A stretch of 64,000 nucleotides of DNA from a virus (Duplodnaviria; Caudoviricetes), in the IMG/VR virus record IMGVR_UViG_3300037312_001491, positions 24,096 to 88,095 of that record; one strand, written 5' to 3'. The notes under the pieces were generated by a model, which did no database searches, was not told where the DNA came from, and worked only from the letters and a program-made list of their open reading frames with translations. The position numbers and the translations under genes were made by a program. This document shows positions 32,038 through 41,483 of the stretch, one piece after another; position 1 is the stretch's first letter; the number at the start of each line of letters is the position of its first letter.

Positions 32038-33393
32038 GTGGCGACCACCTACGGGCTCACCGACCTCGGTCTCGTCATCAAGACGCTGACCATCATCCGC
32101 GCCGACCTCGAAGCGGCGATGCGCGCGGCCTTCGGCGCATCGCTCAAGCTCGGCGATACGACACTGCTTGGCCAGATCTGCGGCATCATGGCGGAGCGGT
32201 ACGCGGAGCTATGGGCACTCCTCGCGGCGGTCTATGCGTCGCAGGACCCGAACGCGGCGACCGGCCTGTCACTCGACAACGTCTCGGCGATCACCGGCAC
32301 GACCCGTCCACCGGCGTCGTACTCGACCGTCACACTGACCGGCACCGGCACCCCGAGCACGGTGGTCCCGGCGTCGACGCAGGTCGAGACGGCGAGCACG
32401 GCCATCAAGTTCACGACGACCGCGGACGAGACGCTGGTCGCTGTGTCGGCGTGGGCGGCCAACCACACGTACGTCATCGGCGACCGCGTGACGAACGGCG
32501 GCAACGTCTACCAGTGCACCATCGCCGGCGTCAGCGCCAGCTCGGGTGGGCCGAGCGGCACCGGCACGGCCATCGTCGACAACTTCGCAACATGGGCGTA
32601 CGTCGGTGCGGGCACCGCGGCTGCGGACATTGCCGCACGCGCCGTCGACACCGGTGACATCGCGGCGGCCGCCGGTGACCTCACGGTCATCGACACACCC
32701 GTCGCCGGCCTGTCGAACATCACGAACCTGCTCGATGCCGCGCGCGGCCGCGACGTCGCCACGGACGAGGAGCTGCGCCTGCTCCGCGAGGCCGAGCTGT
32801 CTGGTGATGGCGTCAGCACCGAGGACGCCATCGAGGCGGCCGTCCTCCAGATCGCCAACGTCGTCGCGTGCACGGTCTACGTCAACGACACCGACACGAC
32901 GAATGTGGACGGCATGCCGCCTCACTCCGTCGAGGTCGTCGTCCTCGGCGGCGCCGATCAGGACATCGCCAACACGCTGTTCGCCGAGGTCGCCGCCGGC
33001 ATCGCGACGCACTCGTCCAGCTCGAACTCGGCCACGGTCGTCGACAGTCAGGGCGTCTCGCACACCATCTACTTCACGCGGCCGGCGCAGATCCTCGTCT
33101 ACGTCGACCTGACACTGACCTACGACGCCGAGCTGTACCCGTCGGACGGCGACGCGGAGATCCAGGCCGCCATCACGGCGTTCGGCGCGAAGTTCCCGTC
33201 CGGCAAGAACGTGACGTCGTCCGGCGTCGGTGCACAGGCGTTCTCGGTGCCCGGTGTGCTCGACGTCACCCCGGTCTACATCGGCACGTCCCCGAGTCCG
33301 GGCTCCAGCGCGACCATCGCCGTGTCCACGCGGCAGCTCGCCGTGTTCGACACCAGCCGCATCAACATCCACTCCAGCGCGGCCACCCCATGA
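32038..33393 (+). CDS. baseplate J-like protein with CBM5/12-like insertion
   Basis: A.G..LD......G..R, GR..ETD.ELR.R-like, PPHSVEVVV.GG; insert AWAANHTYVIGDRVTNGGNVYQC. Confidence 0.85.
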   Translation: MATTYGLTDLGLVIKTLTIIRADLEAAMRAAFGASLKLGDTTLLGQICGIMAERYAELWALLAAVYASQDPNAATGLSLDNVSAITGTTRPPASYSTVTLTGTGTPSTVVPASTQVETASTAIKFTTTADETLVAVSAWAANHTYVIGDRVTNGGNVYQCTIAGVSASSGGPSGTGTAIVDNFATWAYVGAGTAAADIAARAVDTGDIAAAAGDLTVIDTPVAGLSNITNLLDAARGRDVATDEELRLLREAELSGDGVSTEDAIEAAVLQIANVVACTVYVNDTDTTNVDGMPPHSVEVVVLGGADQDIANTLFAEVAAGIATHSSSSNSATVVDSQGVSHTIYFTRPAQILVYVDLTLTYDAELYPSDGDAEIQAAITAFGAKFPSGKNVTSSGVGAQAFSVPGVLDVTPVYIGTSPSPGSSATIAVSTRQLAVFDTSRINIHSSAATP

Positions 33394-36300
33394 ACACTCG
33401 ATACCTCCGATACCTCCTGGCCGCCCTCTTCCTGACGGCGTGGTGCTCGAACGCCGGCTGCGGCACGGGCGACAACGCCACCGCCGACGCAGGGGGCGCT
33501 GGCAACTTCGACCACCCGTCGACTGGCTTCGGGGGACCCATCGCCCCCCAGGGTGGCACCATCACCGGCATCACCGGCACGAGTGGTGTTACCGGCAACT
33601 GCGCCGCCGGCCCGTGCACACTCAGCGCCGACACGACGTTCGTCCAGAAGCGTGTCACCGGCACGTGCGCGAGCGGTCTCGCCATCGGTACCGTGAACGC
33701 GGACGGCACGGTGAGCTGCAACACCGCCGGCATCTCTGGCACGGGCACGACCGGTGACCTCACGGCGTGGGCAACGTCGACGTCGCTCGGCAACTATGCT
33801 GGCTCGTCGCCGGCGCCGTGCACCGTCGGCAACGTGACCACCGGTGTCTCGATCGGCGCGAATGGTGTACTCGCGAACACCTGCACGGCGATCGGCACGC
33901 AGGGCGGTACGACCGGCACGGGCACCGCGAACACGCTCGCCATGTTCACCGGCCCGACGGCGATCGGCAACGGCCCGCTCGTCTACAACGGCACGGACAC
34001 AATTACTGGCCCGCGCGTCTACGCGGTCTCGTCGTCGTCGTCCAACCCGGTCTTCCAGGCCACGCAGAGCGGGGCGACCCCGAGCAACTGGTGGATGGGC
34101 AGCGTGATTGGCACGACAACGTGGTTCCTTGGGAACGACAACGCCGCGACGACCGCAATGACCGCGACCTACGCGGGCGACGTGACGCTGCCGCACAACG
34201 TGACGCTCGGGTCGTCGTCGGGCAACCTCCACACGTTCTTTGGCACGACGCAGACAACCGACGGCGCCGGATACCTTAGGCACACCTCGGCGTCGGGCAT
34301 CAACTACATCGAGAGCGGCACGACCCAGTCGAGCGGTAGCACCGCGCCGCTGCTGTTCACCGATATGCTGGCCGCGCACACGTGGGGGGAGTTCGACGCG
34401 AGCGGCAACTTCCTCGCGTTCAACAACGCGACGATCACCAAAAAGGTCAGCACGTCCAACGACTCGTCCGGCGGCGGTTATCAGATCGATGGCATCGATA
34501 CGCTCTATCGGCATGGCGCGGATGGCCACCTCTACCTCGTCAATCCGTACAGCGTTGGCGGTTCGGGTGCATACAACGTGGTGATCAAGCCGTCGTCGAC
34601 CGGCGGCGCAGACGTGCTCAGCACGAACGGTGGAACGTTCACGCTCGACGCAAGCGCCAACGCGACATTGACCGGCGCACTCGTTACGGGTCTCAACGTC
34701 GATGTCGGCGGGACGAACTGGCACACAATCCTCAACTGGAACGGCTCGACAAACGAGGACAGCTATCTTCGAGCAGGCAAGACAGCCGGTGCTGTTTACG
34801 TCGGTGACGTGAACACGGGCGGCGTCTACCTCGGTGGCGGTGCCAACTACTCGGATGCGACCGGCGGCCTGTACGCCGGCACGGCCGGCGACTTCGCCGA
34901 CGAGCTTCAGGTCTCGAAGGTTCGTAAGAACGCCGCGCCGAATTCGGATGCCGTCGGTGACAACTCGGGCGCCAGCTGCACGGGCGCTCCGAGCTGGACG
35001 GTGTGCAATTACACCGATACGCTTACGTATGCGACAGCCACGACGACATCGCCTCGTGGCCTGTCCGAGACCGTCGGCAAACTCACCGCGAGTGGGACGG
35101 CGGGCAGTGATTATCGCTTCTACGCGAAGTCCGCTAGTCACGGCGTCTCCGATGTTCGGTCGCAGACGTGGACGTTCTCGGTCTGGATGAAGCTCGTCAG
35201 CGGCGGCCCAGCAACGCTGGCCGTCCAACTCGCGCGCAACAACTTCGCGAACGATGTCACCGCCGCCTCCTGCTCCGTCGGCAGTTCAGCGTGGACGCGG
35301 TGCTCGGTCGTCGCCACGTTCAGCGCGACCAGCTACACCGACAACAGTGAGATCGACGCAAGCATCTTCGATGTCACCACTTCGACAGGTGCCGTCTACA
35401 TCTACGGTTCGCAGATCGAACAGCACAACGGCCCGACGCCGTACCAGCGCAACGACGCGACGCTCGACACCACGGTGTCGTCGGGCACGCTTTCGATGCA
35501 CGCGCCGATGGCTCGGTTCGGGCAGTACGAGCAGGATCCCGACGTCTACGTTCGCTACTTCGACGATACCAGCGGCGCCTACTACGGCCTTCTGTCAAGG
35601 GCGCCAGCGAGCGGAGGCACCGTCTGTGTGGATGGCGGCACCTGCACGCCTGCATCGGCCAGCGAGGCGATCACCGGACGCACGCTCGGTGGGGGCGCCA
35701 TTGCAATCCACGGCGATGCGACCGCGGGTGGCACGGCCGGGCAGTTCGACGGCGGCGTGAACGTGACGGGAACGCTGACCGTCCCCACCGTCACCGGATC
35801 TTCGACGCTGGATATCAGTGCATTCGACCAGCTCACGATCTCCACGAGCGACAGCCATGCAGTCGGTATGACACTCGAAGAGTCAGGCTTCGGCTCCCTC
35901 GACATCAAGGCGACCGGCATCGGCAACGCGGTCAATATCTCCAGCGCGTCGGGCCCTGTGACCATTAGCGGCCAGCTCGTGTTCGGTGTGTTCTCGCCAG
36001 CGTCGATCAGCGGCATGCAGAACAACTGGGCGCCGAGCGGCATCGCAAGCGCCATCATCGTCCGCATCGCGACGAGCACGGTCGCCGACATCACGGGCAT
36101 CTCCACATGCACGGTCGATGGCCGCTACCTGATCCTGCGCAACGTCTCCTCGAACGTGGTGCGGCTGTGGGACCACGACAGTCGGAGTTCGGCGGCGAAC
36201 GAGTTCGCGCTCAACAACGATATCGTGTCGCTGCCGCCCGGCGAGGCGATGGCGATCACCTGCTCGACGAATGACAGCAAGTGGCATCAGACCGCGCTCT

Positions 36301-37094
36301 CCTACTCGCCGACAGAGAACAAGTACAAGTCGCAGCACCTGGAGATGAACGAGGAGTTTATCGGCGGTTTTAATAACCCGACGAACGGTATGTTCTTTGA
36401 CGGGTGGTTCAGCGCTGCGTTTTCTGGAGCCTCGGCAACAGTTGGGACAATCAGCGCAACGACCGCCGTGGCTGGGCGACCCGGAGTCTGGACGGTATTT
36501 AGTGGCACAGCCTCTACCGGGTTCTCCTATATCTACACGAGCCGCAGTACATTCAATCTCGCCGACGAGACAGGATGGATTGCCTCTACAGTCGAAGTGC
36601 CGCAACTTAGCAACGGCACCGATGATTTCGTGCTGGTCGATGGCTGGTACGACAACACGAACGCGGCGCCGACGGATGCGATTTACTTCCTGTACGACGG
36701 ACAAAATCATTTGGCTGGTGGTGCAAATCCAAGCAAGCTGGACAAGTGGGAGGCATGTGTGGCCAAGAGCGGTTCGCGGCTGTGCTATCTGCTTGATGGG
36801 ACGACTGCCTGCGACGGTGGATTCACGTCAGTGAACGTTCCGGTTTCAACTACAAGCTACGAACGGTTCATTGTCGTGTACTCGCCGAACGAGGCAGATT
36901 TCTATGTCGACCAGGGCAGTGGCAGGACAAAGGTATGCCAGATCACGACGGCAGCCGACCTACCGATCGGGGGCGTAGGCAACGCGACGGGCGCCGCGTT
37001 TGGAATCCTGAAGGCTACGGGGACAACCGCAGTGCAGGCATTCATCGATCAGATGAACGTCGCGATCGACCTCAACGCCGCAAGGAGCCCGTGA
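33390..37094 (+). CDS. large Gly/Thr/Ser-rich fibre- or adhesin-like protein (1234 aa) with N-terminal signal/lipobox-like sequence
   Basis: ATG 33390; MNTRYLRYLLAALFLTAWCSNAGC; repeats GTGT.G.L..(W/F)T....LGN; carbohydrate-binding-like segment WTFSVWMK...YG.QIEQ..GPTPYQ. Confidence 0.7.
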   Translation: MNTRYLRYLLAALFLTAWCSNAGCGTGDNATADAGGAGNFDHPSTGFGGPIAPQGGTITGITGTSGVTGNCAAGPCTLSADTTFVQKRVTGTCASGLAIGTVNADGTVSCNTAGISGTGTTGDLTAWATSTSLGNYAGSSPAPCTVGNVTTGVSIGANGVLANTCTAIGTQGGTTGTGTANTLAMFTGPTAIGNGPLVYNGTDTITGPRVYAVSSSSSNPVFQATQSGATPSNWWMGSVIGTTTWFLGNDNAATTAMTATYAGDVTLPHNVTLGSSSGNLHTFFGTTQTTDGAGYLRHTSASGINYIESGTTQSSGSTAPLLFTDMLAAHTWGEFDASGNFLAFNNATITKKVSTSNDSSGGGYQIDGIDTLYRHGADGHLYLVNPYSVGGSGAYNVVIKPSSTGGADVLSTNGGTFTLDASANATLTGALVTGLNVDVGGTNWHTILNWNGSTNEDSYLRAGKTAGAVYVGDVNTGGVYLGGGANYSDATGGLYAGTAGDFADELQVSKVRKNAAPNSDAVGDNSGASCTGAPSWTVCNYTDTLTYATATTTSPRGLSETVGKLTASGTAGSDYRFYAKSASHGVSDVRSQTWTFSVWMKLVSGGPATLAVQLARNNFANDVTAASCSVGSSAWTRCSVVATFSATSYTDNSEIDASIFDVTTSTGAVYIYGSQIEQHNGPTPYQRNDATLDTTVSSGTLSMHAPMARFGQYEQDPDVYVRYFDDTSGAYYGLLSRAPASGGTVCVDGGTCTPASASEAITGRTLGGGAIAIHGDATAGGTAGQFDGGVNVTGTLTVPTVTGSSTLDISAFDQLTISTSDSHAVGMTLEESGFGSLDIKATGIGNAVNISSASGPVTISGQLVFGVFSPASISGMQNNWAPSGIASAIIVRIATSTVADITGISTCTVDGRYLILRNVSSNVVRLWDHDSRSSAANEFALNNDIVSLPPGEAMAITCSTNDSKWHQTALSYSPTENKYKSQHLEMNEEFIGGFNNPTNGMFFDGWFSAAFSGASATVGTISATTAVAGRPGVWTVFSGTASTGFSYIYTSRSTFNLADETGWIASTVEVPQLSNGTDDFVLVDGWYDNTNAAPTDAIYFLYDGQNHLAGGANPSKLDKWEACVAKSGSRLCYLLDGTTACDGGFTSVNVPVSTTSYERFIVVYSPNEADFYVDQGSGRTKVCQITTAADLPIGGVGNATGAAFGILKATGTTAVQAFIDQMNVAIDLNAARSP

Positions 37095-37336
37095 TGTCCA
37101 TCGCAGTCACCAAGGTCACGCGCAACAGCGACGGCAAGCAGGGCCGCGCGTTCCAGATCTCGATCGACTTCGCAACGGCGGATGCGACCAGCCTGCTCGT
37201 CGCAATACTGTTCCAGCATCAGGTCGCATTCACGTTCGGCGACTGGATCGTCCTCTACCTCGACGCGGAGGGCACCGCGCAGTGCGACCTCGGCACGCAG
37301 GCGATGCTCCTGACGCGGTGGACGGTGACGCCGTGA
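37094..37336 (+). CDS. hypothetical protein (80 aa)
   Basis: AGGAG RBS, TGATG coupling. Confidence 0.6.
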   Translation: MSIAVTKVTRNSDGKQGRAFQISIDFATADATSLLVAILFQHQVAFTFGDWIVLYLDAEGTAQCDLGTQAMLLTRWTVTP

Positions 37337-38082
37337 TTGCCGCTGGCGAAACCGATCCGACCGCGGCGGAAGTCCCGTTCTTCCTGCCGCTGACGGCCGA
37401 CACCTTCACGGGCCCCGGCCTGACCGGGCATACGTTCGTTCTGGGTGAGGTGCAGATCAAGCTCCCCGGCGCAGGCTGGGTGAACGCCGACCTCTCCGCC
37501 ATCAAGGAGAAGGGCTACGGCCGCTACGTCGTCCAGCTCGACTCCGCGCAGACGACGACGCCTGGCGTGGTCTACATCCGCGCCAACGTCTCGGGCGCAC
37601 AGCCGTACTCAGGCGTCGAGGAAATCGGCACCGCCGGCGGCGACATCATCGAGAACGACGCGACTGCGCGTATCCCGTTCTACCTGGCCAGCCGAACCAA
37701 TCCGGTTAACACCCCCATCACCGGCTGGGGCTTCTCGGCTGGCGAGGTCCGCGTCTGCCTGCCAGGCGGCACGTATGCCGACGCCGTCGTTGCGAACATC
37801 GCCGAGGTCGGATTCGGTGCGTACGAGCTGATCCTCACGACAGCCCAGACCGCGCACCGCGGCAAGATCTTCATCTACGTCCTCACGGCGACAGCACAGC
37901 GCTACGAGGCGGCTGCGACCATCCTGTCACCGGCGGTGGGCATCGGTGGCACGGTCGGCGGCGGCACCGGGACCATCCCGAGCACGGCGGTCACGAGCCC
38001 GCTCTCGACCAACGCGGCCGGCTACGTCGACCACGTCGCGGCGGCGCTCAATCGTCTGCCGATGCAGTACAGGAGCAGCTAG
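37333..38082 (+). CDS. protein with two tandem ~100-aa beta domains and a wedge-like C-terminal tail
   Basis: Internal duplication (VPFFL..GEVQIKLPG..GYGRY / IPFYL..GEVRVCLPG..GFGAY); ends DHVAAALNRLPMQYRSS. Confidence 0.65.
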   Translation: MIAAGETDPTAAEVPFFLPLTADTFTGPGLTGHTFVLGEVQIKLPGAGWVNADLSAIKEKGYGRYVVQLDSAQTTTPGVVYIRANVSGAQPYSGVEEIGTAGGDIIENDATARIPFYLASRTNPVNTPITGWGFSAGEVRVCLPGGTYADAVVANIAEVGFGAYELILTTAQTAHRGKIFIYVLTATAQRYEAAATILSPAVGIGGTVGGGTGTIPSTAVTSPLSTNAAGYVDHVAAALNRLPMQYRSS

Positions 38083-38085
38083 CTC

Positions 38086-38592
38086 ATGGCACAGACCAAA
38101 GTCGAGAAGCTCGTCGCCGCGCTTGCCGCCTCGGCGCAGGACATCGAGAACTGCCTCCAGCAGCTGCTGCTCAATCGCGCCGTCTCCACGGCGACTGGCG
38201 TGCAGCTCGACCTGCTCGGCCGCGTCGTCGGCCAGCTGCGGCTCGGTCTCGTCGACGACGACTACCGCCGGTACATCCGCGCGCGCATCGCGACGAACCG
38301 GTCCGGCGGCGTCACCGAGGACCTGGTCACCGTCATGTCGCTCGTCGTGAACGACGTGACCGCGCAGTACAACGTGGAGCGCAACGGCACCGCGACGGTA
38401 GTCGCGCGCATCGACGGCATCGCGGTCACCGACTCGCTCGGAGCCATCGTGTTCTCGTTCCTCAAGTCGGCAAAGTCCGGCGGCGTCCGCCTGGTCGTTC
38501 AGTGGTCCGAGTCGGTGCCTTCGAGCACGTTCCGTCTCGACGCCGGCCCTGGCCTGGACGTAGGCCACCTCGCCAGCGAGCTGTCGACCTGA
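38086..38592 (+). CDS. baseplate wedge protein (DUF2612-like)
   Basis: A.GVQLDLLGRVVG..R...DDDYR..IRARI..N.S.G. Confidence 0.8.
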   Translation: MAQTKVEKLVAALAASAQDIENCLQQLLLNRAVSTATGVQLDLLGRVVGQLRLGLVDDDYRRYIRARIATNRSGGVTEDLVTVMSLVVNDVTAQYNVERNGTATVVARIDGIAVTDSLGAIVFSFLKSAKSGGVRLVVQWSESVPSSTFRLDAGPGLDVGHLASELST

Positions 38593-38644
38593 GAGTCAAC
38601 CTGAGGCTGGTGCGGTCCACCCGCCGTGCTAGTCTGCAAGAAGC

Positions 38645-39148
38645 ATGCCAGCCCCGACGTCATTCAACGACTGGGATACGAACGGGACGCACACCACGCC
38701 CGTCCTGTCCGGCCATACGACCGACGGGTTCGTCAACAACGAGATCCCCGGGTCGGCCGAGCTGAATCAGTGGATGATGCTCACGGGACAGTGGACCCGT
38801 TATCTGAACAGTCTCGTGGATTTCCGGTGGTACCGCATTCCGCCGACCGCGCAGTCTGCCTCCGACCGAAACGCGGTGTCCATCGGGTTCCTTCCCGCCG
38901 GCGCGATCGTGCGTAGCATCGGGTTGAAGATCTCGGACGCGACCCTGACCACGTCGACGATCAACCTCGCGACAGAGCTGACGGTGATTGCCTCGTTCAG
39001 TGTGACTCCGACCGCCACCGGCACTGAGTACCTGTTCGATCTCACTTCGGACTTCACGATCGATTCCAGGGGCTTCACCCTGCTCTGGGACCCATCTGCC
39101 GGTGGTAGCCCGGTATTCAGCTGGTTCACCATCCAAGCCCACGTCTAG
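38645..39148 (+). CDS. short tail-fibre-like protein
   Basis: N-terminal W........GF...E.P.S.E.NQW....QW..YL resembles fibre baseplate-anchor domains; follows the wedge gene. Confidence 0.55.
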   Translation: MPAPTSFNDWDTNGTHTTPVLSGHTTDGFVNNEIPGSAELNQWMMLTGQWTRYLNSLVDFRWYRIPPTAQSASDRNAVSIGFLPAGAIVRSIGLKISDATLTTSTINLATELTVIASFSVTPTATGTEYLFDLTSDFTIDSRGFTLLWDPSAGGSPVFSWFTIQAHV

Positions 39149-39152
39149 CGCC

Positions 39153-39326
39153 ATGGACTCCGAGAAGAAGAAGAAGCCCAGCATCAAGCAGGACCTGTCG
39201 CGCCTCAAGCGCCTGGCCCGCATCTCGGTCGCCGTGGGGACGCTGCTGGCCATCGCCTGCCACTTCTTGCCGACCCACTACCGCGCGGTGTGCAACGCCG
39301 TCGCCACTCTCTGCACAGGGGGCTGA
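39153..39326 (+). CDS. small membrane protein (57 aa), possible lysis accessory
   Basis: Basic N-terminus followed by one hydrophobic helix. Confidence 0.55.
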   Translation: MDSEKKKKPSIKQDLSRLKRLARISVAVGTLLAIACHFLPTHYRAVCNAVATLCTGG

Positions 39327-39327
39327 T

Positions 39328-39876
39328 ATGTCACCGACCCGCATCCTGCTCGCGCCCATCGTCGCCTTCGCCTCTGGGCTTCTGGCCTTCACCGGCGTCG
39401 CCCACGCGGCCACCGCCGTCGAGCCGACGAACGGCACCCTCCTCGACCTCCTCAAGCCCGTCCTCGCCGCGTTCGGGCACGGCCAGAAACTCTACGCCGG
39501 ATGTCTGGCGCTCGTGCTGCTCGTTGCCCTCGTGCGCCGGCAGTTCGACAAGGACGCCTGGGTCCACACCGACCTCGGCGCGGCTGCGCTGACTCTCGCC
39601 GGCTCGTTCGGAGCAACCCTGGCGGTCTCCCTGGCCGGCGGCGCCGGCGTCACCTGGACGATGGTGTGGCACGCCATTTCGATCGCGTTCGGCGCGGCGG
39701 GCGGCTACACGATGGTCAAGCATCTGCTTGTCGTCCCGTACCTGACCCACCTGGCGGACAAAGGCCCGGCGTGGCTGCACTCCCCGGCCAAGCTGGTGCT
39801 GTGGATCTTCCAGGCGGCCGTCCCCGACGCGCCCCAGGCGACCGGGAATACCCAGGCACCGCCGAGCGCTCAATAG
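39328..39876 (+). CDS. multi-pass membrane protein, holin candidate
   Basis: Signal-like start plus several hydrophobic helices; lies between tail genes and endolysin. Confidence 0.55.
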   Translation: MSPTRILLAPIVAFASGLLAFTGVAHAATAVEPTNGTLLDLLKPVLAAFGHGQKLYAGCLALVLLVALVRRQFDKDAWVHTDLGAAALTLAGSFGATLAVSLAGGAGVTWTMVWHAISIAFGAAGGYTMVKHLLVVPYLTHLADKGPAWLHSPAKLVLWIFQAAVPDAPQATGNTQAPPSAQ

Positions 39877-39890
39877 CTGCGTACCCCAAC

Positions 39891-39951
39891 GGGGCCGCGC
39901 GCCCGAGACCCTCCCCCTCATCACTCGGACGACGCGCGGCCCCATTATTTT
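39891..39951 (+). terminator. long GC hairpin followed by an A/T tract
   Basis: GGGGCCGCGCG...CGCGCGGCCCC stem, inner CCGAG/CTCGG, then ATTATTTT. Confidence 0.55.
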
Positions 39952-39959
39952 CGGAAGGT

Positions 39960-40367
39960 ATGCAGATGAAGAAGCTCACCTCTCTCCTCGTCGTGGTCGC
40001 TCTGGCCGCACCCACCGTCGGCTGCGGCTCGCACGCCGGCACCATCGTCAAGAACGACCTCATCGACTGCGGCAAGCAGGACCTGGGGCAGACGGTCAAG
40101 GAGGCGGGCGTGTCCCTGCTCATGACCGTCATGGGCATCCTCGTCCAGGGCGGCACGAACTGGCGCCAGGACCTGTCGGCGCTCGGCGGCGAGTACGGCT
40201 CGGACGCCGTGTCGTGCGCAGCGAAGATCGCGGCCGACCTGTTCAAGAACGCGACCGGAACGGACACCGGCTCGGGCTCGGGCTCGGACTCGCTGGCCAC
40301 CTCGGCCGAGATCGGCGACCCGTACGCGCGCGCCGTGCTGTTCAACCAGGGCAAGTCGTTCAAGTAG
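39960..40367 (+). CDS. lipoprotein (o-spanin candidate)
   Basis: MKKLTSLLVVVALAAPTVGC lipobox; start 39960 or 39966. Confidence 0.6.
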   Translation: MQMKKLTSLLVVVALAAPTVGCGSHAGTIVKNDLIDCGKQDLGQTVKEAGVSLLMTVMGILVQGGTNWRQDLSALGGEYGSDAVSCAAKIAADLFKNATGTDTGSGSGSDSLATSAEIGDPYARAVLFNQGKSFK

Positions 40368-40375
40368 GCGGCGTC

Positions 40376-40729
40376 ATGGACCCCCGCGCCGAATTGAAGG
40401 TGTGGCTGTCCGGTGTGCTTGAGGGCCTAGACGCCCCCTCGCACCTGCTGGACCGCGTCATGAAGCGCATCGACGCCACGTACGGCGCGGCGCCGGCGCA
40501 GCCGGTCCAGTACAACGCGGACCCGACAGCGGTCGCGTACCGTCAGCCGGAGAGTGCTGCTCCGCACACGACCCCGACCGCACCGCCGGACGAGGTCGCG
40601 CAGAAGTTCCCACCGCGCCGCAAGGGCGCGCTGGCTCAGGCTGCTACGAGGACGCCGGAGACCCGTAAGGGAGACCCGCTCAAGGCCCCGTACAAGCCCG
40701 AGGACCCCGAAGTCCTCTTGATGGAGTAG
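40376..40729 (+). CDS. hypothetical protein (117 aa)
   Basis: ATG 40376; Pro-rich C-terminus. Confidence 0.55.
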   Translation: MDPRAELKVWLSGVLEGLDAPSHLLDRVMKRIDATYGAAPAQPVQYNADPTAVAYRQPESAAPHTTPTAPPDEVAQKFPPRRKGALAQAATRTPETRKGDPLKAPYKPEDPEVLLME

Positions 40730-40730
40730 C

Positions 40731-41483
40731 GTGATCGGCTTCCCCACGTTCGTCGTCGTCGACGTCGATGCCCACACCACCCTGGACGAGCGCACGCGGT
40801 ACGCCGCCGCGCAACAGCTCCAGGTCACCCGCGACTTCGGGCCGCGCTGGGGCCGCAACGCGACCTTCCGCGTCGGCACGCCGGACGCGCTGGCGAAGCC
40901 TGGCGAAATCGAGTGCCGGCTGCTCCAGCAGCCGACGCAGTCGGGTGCCATCGGCTACCACAGCTGCAAGCCCGACGGCACTCCCATCGTCAACGTGTTC
41001 GTGGGCCTGGCCCGCGTGCTCGGCATGCGGTGGGAGACCGTCGGCTCGCACGAGGTCCTGGAGACCTTGGCGGACCCGCTGCTCCGCCGTGCGACCGAGA
41101 TCGACGGCGCGTTCTGGGACACCGAGGTCTGCGACCGCGTCGAGCGCGAGCAGTACCTCGTCGAGGACGGCTTCGGCGGCACGGTGCCGCTGTCCAACTT
41201 CAACTACCCCGAGGCGTTCGAGCCCCCCGCCGACCTGACCGGCGTGAAGTTCGACCACCTGGGGACCTCTACCAAGCCCAACGAGGTTCGGCCGGGTGGC
41301 TATGCCCAGAAGTTCGATCCGAGCAAGGGCTGGGTCCAAGTCGGTGAGATGAGCACGTACCGTTCGATCCTGGCCGAGAACGGCCTGTCCCGCGGCGCCC
41401 GTCGGGCTGCGCGCTATGACCTGCGTCCCTGGTGGACCCGCTTCGCGGCCAAGATCTTCGGATCTCGGCGGCTGGCAGCGTGA
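40731..41483 (+). CDS. putative zinc metallopeptidase-like protein
   Basis: GAIGYH, SHEVLETLADP, EVCD.VE, V.LSNF..P pattern. Confidence 0.55.
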   Translation: MIGFPTFVVVDVDAHTTLDERTRYAAAQQLQVTRDFGPRWGRNATFRVGTPDALAKPGEIECRLLQQPTQSGAIGYHSCKPDGTPIVNVFVGLARVLGMRWETVGSHEVLETLADPLLRRATEIDGAFWDTEVCDRVEREQYLVEDGFGGTVPLSNFNYPEAFEPPADLTGVKFDHLGTSTKPNEVRPGGYAQKFDPSKGWVQVGEMSTYRSILAENGLSRGARRAARYDLRPWWTRFAAKIFGSRRLAA

